This document shows positions 60,901-64,000 of a stretch of 64,000 nucleotides of DNA, piece after piece; the stretch's first letter is position 1, and each line of letters opens with the position of its first letter. The position numbers and the translations under genes were made by a program. The stretch lies in the NCBI GenBank assembly GCA_963850855.1, contig CAWKNH010000012.1:32752-96751 (forward strand). The letters run 5' to 3'. The notes under the pieces were generated by a model. That model made no database searches and was not told where the DNA came from. It saw only the letters and a program-made list of their open reading frames with translations. The stretch is from an uncultured Alphaproteobacteria bacterium. GTDB lineage: Bacteria > Pseudomonadota > Alphaproteobacteria > Rhizobiales > Xanthobacteraceae.

Positions 60901-61483
60901 CGACGATCGCCGACGGCCGGGTGATACTGCCGAGCGCGGGGCTCTTTCAAGTCTATGGGATTTCCGAGCATCGGCAGGATGCACGAGATCGTCAACGTGC
61001 CGCTCGAGGCGGCCGTCAGCCAGCGATGGCTCAACACCGGCGGAGCACAGGGATTGCTTGGTCATCCGCAAGGCGACCTCCAGCGCGACGCCAATGGCGG
61101 TGTGCGCCAGGATTTCCAAACAATGATCGCCGGGGGCGGTTACGGCCAAGTGAGCGTACCGCCTTCGGTCCAGATCGAGCCGCCAATGTGCGATTCGCGG
61201 GTCAAATATGAGCCGAGCGTGTCGGTGGCGGCGTCGCTCTTCGCCTCACCGAAGACCGGCGTGCACTATATCGTGGGAGAGATCCGAGACAAGTTCCTGC
61301 AGGCCGGCGGGCTCGAGCAGTTCGGTTATCCGCTGACCGATGAGATTCCCGACGCCCGACGGCTTCGGACTTATGACCCAGTTCGAGCGTGGCACGATCT
61401 TCTGGTATCCGGGCCGGAATGCCGAGATCGGCGAACCGAAGACGCCGCCGCTGCACGTCCTGCCGATGAAGGAACATCATTAG
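57993..61483 (+). pseudogene. Large secreted Ig-like-repeat / beta-propeller / LGFP-repeat protein gene, broken as sequenced by two +1 frameshifts
   Basis: Frame 1 is track ORF 57825..61211 (ATG 57993, signal-like ...GLTVLGACCIGFVSSGQA/DV). Frame 2 is track ORF 60955..61539, which carries the LGFP repeats. Frame 3 runs from ~61358 to the stop at 61481-61483 (DGFGLMTQFERGTIFWYPG...). The junctions are at a TTT run (60961-60963) and a CCC run (61355-61357). Confidence 0.75.
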
Positions 61484-61562
61484 CTTTGCAGGCTCGATGC
61501 CGATGCTGGCTGAGGCCGTCGCAGGAAGGACCCGTGTAGGGCACAAACAGGAAGGCACCACT

Positions 61563-61940
61563 ATGAATACTCCCATCAAGGCAGTGATGGCCGCTATTGT
61601 GGCGTGCGCATTCACCGCTCCGGCATTCGCCTACACGATCAACGGCACGATTCCGCCCGGGCGGGCTCCGGTCGTGATCCATTTGCACAGACCTCTCCAG
61701 CCGAGCTTGATGCGCTTTAAGTTTTCTGCGCCGCCGAAGAACGCGGGCGTGCCCTATGCGCTCGATTTCTGTATCGGCCCGGCGGCTAATCCTTGTGGGC
61801 TGCCAAGCTCCCACGTCATCAACGTTCCGGAAGGCCAGGAGCGGTTCGCGGACTTCGATTCGGCACTCTTTCGCACCAATATCCTGGTCGTCGGACAAGG
61901 CACCAGAGTAGCCGTCCCGTTCTCCGTGGAAGTCGAGTAA
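61563..61940 (+). CDS. Small secreted protein (125 aa), family not recognised
   Basis: Part of track ORF 61497..61940. ATG 61563 behind AGGAAGG. Signal peptide MNTPIKAVMAAIVACAFTAPAFA/YT. Confidence 0.65.
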   Translation: MNTPIKAVMAAIVACAFTAPAFAYTINGTIPPGRAPVVIHLHRPLQPSLMRFKFSAPPKNAGVPYALDFCIGPAANPCGLPSSHVINVPEGQERFADFDSALFRTNILVVGQGTRVAVPFSVEVE

Positions 61941-63321
61941 CGCAACGGCTCTGTGAGCTTAGAGACCGCGCCGCGTTCAGCACGCGGTCCACCGCCGCGC
62001 CGGCTTCGCCCAAATAGTTCGCCGGATCGCACAGCCGCTCCAGCGCGGCGCGGTCGAGGTGCTTGGCGATTTCATCGTTCTCGGCGAGCAAATCGACCAG
62101 CGGCCGGCCGGTGGCGACCACTTGGCGGCAAATGTCATAGACGAGGTCGTGCGCGTATTGGCGGCCGAGATGCGGCGCGAGGCCCATCATCACTGCCTCC
62201 GAGACGATGAGGCCCCCGGTCAAATCGAGATTGGCGCGCATCTTCTTCTCGTCGACCTGCAAACCGGTCAGCACCAACAAGGTCTGCGCCAGCGCGCCGG
62301 CGGTGAGGCAGAAGATCTCCGGCAGCACGATCCACTCGATCTCCCACGCCCCGCTCGCGCGCTCATGGTCTCCGACCATGGCGTCGAGCAGCGCGGCGAC
62401 CTGCTGGCGCACCACGGCGTTGAGCGCGGTGATATAGACCGAGGAGATCGGATTGCGCTTCTGCGGCATGGTCGAGGAGGAGCCGCGACCCTCGTGGAAC
62501 GGTTCGTAGACCTCCGCGACTTCCGTCTGCATCATCAGCTTCACGTCGAGCGCGAGCTTGCCGCAGGTGCCGGCGACGAGGCCGAGGAAGCAGCCGGCCT
62601 CGGCGATGGTGTCGCGCAGCGTGTGCCAGGCGATCGCCGGCACGCCGAGCTTCAGCTCCTTCATCAGCTCGGCCTGCACTTCGAGGCCGCGGCCGCCGAG
62701 CGAGGCGAGCGTGCCGGCCGCGCCGCCGAACTCGCCGACCAGCACCCGCGCGCGCAGCTCGTCGAGGCGCTGCTTGTGGCGGCCGAAGGCGGCAAGGAGC
62801 GTCGCCATCTTGTAGCCGAAGGTGATCGGCACCGCCTGCTGCAGATTGCTGCGGCCGGCCATCGGCGTGTCGCGGTGTTTGCGGGCGAGTCCGGCGAGCG
62901 CCGCGGCGATCGCATCAATGTCGGTCTCGATCAGGGTTAGCGCCTCGCGAATCTGCAGCACGGTGGCGGTGTCGGTCACGTCCTGCGTGGTCGCGCCCCA
63001 ATGGCACCACTGCCCGTGCCCGGCGCGGCAGAGCGCGACGAGTTGCTGCACCACCGGCAGGACCGGGTAGCCGACGCGCTCGGTCTCGTTCTTTAGCTTA
63101 ACGAAATCGATCTTGCCGGCGTCGCAATGGTGAACGATTTCATCCGCGGCTTGCGGCGGGATGATACCGAGCCGCGCCTGCGCCTTCGCCAGCGCCGCCT
63201 CGAAGTCGAGATATTTCTGTACGCGGCTTGCATCCGCGAACACGCGGCGCATCGCCTCGGTGGAGAAAATGTCGCGGAATATCGCGGAATCGATGACAGT
63301 CGCCGACATGGTCGCGGTCAT
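61819..63321 (-). CDS. Class-II fumarase/aspartase (lyase_1) superfamily protein: adenylosuccinate-lyase / 3-carboxymuconate-cycloisomerase-like, with an aberrant ~47-aa C-terminal read-through
   Basis: 500-aa track ORF. ...GATTQDVTDT..., signature ...GSSTMPQKRNP..., and family-typical end ...DPANYLGEAGAAVDRVLNAA, followed by an Arg/Cys/Trp-rich tail that overlaps the convergent gene. Confidence 0.85.
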   Translation of the reverse strand: MTATMSATVIDSAIFRDIFSTEAMRRVFADASRVQKYLDFEAALAKAQARLGIIPPQAADEIVHHCDAGKIDFVKLKNETERVGYPVLPVVQQLVALCRAGHGQWCHWGATTQDVTDTATVLQIREALTLIETDIDAIAAALAGLARKHRDTPMAGRSNLQQAVPITFGYKMATLLAAFGRHKQRLDELRARVLVGEFGGAAGTLASLGGRGLEVQAELMKELKLGVPAIAWHTLRDTIAEAGCFLGLVAGTCGKLALDVKLMMQTEVAEVYEPFHEGRGSSSTMPQKRNPISSVYITALNAVVRQQVAALLDAMVGDHERASGAWEIEWIVLPEIFCLTAGALAQTLLVLTGLQVDEKKMRANLDLTGGLIVSEAVMMGLAPHLGRQYAHDLVYDICRQVVATGRPLVDLLAENDEIAKHLDRAALERLCDPANYLGEAGAAVDRVLNAARSLSSQSRCVTRLPRRTGRLLWCLVRRPGYWCERVPNRSPRTAPGLPER

Positions 63322-63531
63322 GGTTTCAATTCTCGCAACGGGCGCAACTTCGTAAAGGTTATCTGTTCACTTCGAGCAAAGCGATACACGCGCCGTAAAG
63401 AATACCGCTTCAAGCAATCTTCAGCATAGGCCGAGAACCCGGCTTGGCTTCACCAATTCAACACTACCCGAGGACCAATACTCGACGCGAACAACAAAGA
63501 AATCCGACGCGTCAATCAGGGTAGAAGAGAC

Positions 63532-64000
63532 GTGCGCACCAGTACAATCGTGATGATCGCCTTCGCCGGTTTGTTCGGGCTGATCGCGGTATTCCTGGCG
63601 CAGACCTGGCTCAACAACCAGGCCGAAGCGCGCCTGCGCAGCCTCGAGGCGCAGCGCAACGCGACGCCTGCGGCGCATACGATCGTGGTCGCGAGCAAGC
63701 CGTTGCGGTTCGGCGACGAGCTCAGCTCGCGCTCGCTGCGCGAAGTGCCGTGGCCGGACGACGCTTTGCCCGCCGGCGCGTTCGTCAGGGTGGCGGAGCT
63801 CACCGCAAGCAAGCGCGTCGTCCTGATGCCGATCGACGCCAACGAAGCGATCCTCGCCGCCAAGATCACCGGTCCGGGCCAGCGCGCCACGCTCTCGGCG
63901 ATGCTGCGCGACGGCATGAAGGCGGTCACCATCCGGGTCAACGACGTCGAGGGTGTTGCCGGTTTCGTACTGCCGGGCGATCACGTCGACGTCGTGCTCA
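63532..64000 (+). CDS. cpaB: Flp/Tad pilus assembly protein CpaB (N-terminal part; runs off the right edge)
   Basis: Not in the track because there is no stop. The GTG 63532 frame reads VRTSTIVMIAFAGLFGLIAVFLAQTWL...TIVVASKPLRFGDELS...LREVPWPDDALPAGAF...ITGPGQRATLSAMLRDGMKAVTIRVNDVEGVAGFVLPGDHVDVVL, the SAF/RcpC pattern of CpaB. Confidence 0.8.
   Translation, partial: MRTSTIVMIAFAGLFGLIAVFLAQTWLNNQAEARLRSLEAQRNATPAAHTIVVASKPLRFGDELSSRSLREVPWPDDALPAGAFVRVAELTASKRVVLMPIDANEAILAAKITGPGQRATLSAMLRDGMKAVTIRVNDVEGVAGFVLPGDHVDVVL

Noticed and set aside
57757-61960. Genomic island bounded by att sites, or an integrative element
   Set aside because: I found no integrase, recombinase or transposase, no adjacent tRNA, and no direct repeats at the putative junctions. 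It is reported only as a compositionally distinct insert.
63322-63531. Flp pilin or other small gene, or an RNA gene, in the AT-rich spacer upstream of cpaB
   Set aside because: There is no ORF with a pilin-like leader (…GATAIEYGLIA) and no tRNA-like cloverleaf or terminator. It is most likely a promoter region.

Overview
This is a 64 kb segment of high-G+C alphaproteobacterial chromosome (roughly two-thirds G+C by eye, not computed), with Hyphomicrobiales/Bradyrhizobiaceae-type gene order. About 50 protein-coding genes can be supported. Most are core housekeeping:
- large NAD-glutamate dehydrogenase and mutM
- ubiE-ubiB-coaBC-dut
- a PAS histidine kinase
- tsaE/amgK-murU and addB-addA-trxA
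- purH, a heparinase-II/III-like gene and rsmB
- acs and an ArsR-linked xanthine-dehydrogenase-family molybdoenzyme
- gpsA, a UbiH-family hydroxylase and tesB
- two tandem PII genes plus amtB
- a triple-fusion LplT/acyltransferase/acyl-ACP-synthetase

I saw no rRNA, tRNA, CRISPR array, transposase or integrase.

The right-hand part (52.3-62 kb) looks accessory. It contains:
- a membrane-anchored TIR-domain protein with a duplicated extracytoplasmic module, at the end of a co-directional string with a family-III CoA-transferase and an unrecognised 362-aa protein
- a divergent glutaconate-type CoA-transferase A/B pair
- a lower-GC insert carrying a ~1160-aa Ig-like/beta-propeller/LGFP surface-protein gene (broken by two frameshifts) plus a small secreted protein
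- a lyase gene whose 3' end reads through into that insert

Other points worth a second look:
- a candidate sRNA with its own terminator downstream of the gdh stop, in the tauE-like/gdh spacer
- a ribbon-helix-helix (antitoxin-like) domain fused in frame to CoaBC, with a perfect 30-nt palindrome just upstream
- a sharp codon-usage discontinuity inside dut
- a heptamer-built hairpin filling a convergent spacer
- REP-like palindromes

Caveats. The six-frame track is dominated by long shadow ORFs typical of high-GC DNA, and it starts ORFs at the most upstream alternative start codon, so I re-picked starts by hand. Three single-base frameshifts (one in purH, two in the surface-protein gene) all sit in very short nucleotide runs, so sequence quality must be checked before calling pseudogenes. 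All family assignments come from motif recognition by eye, not from searches.
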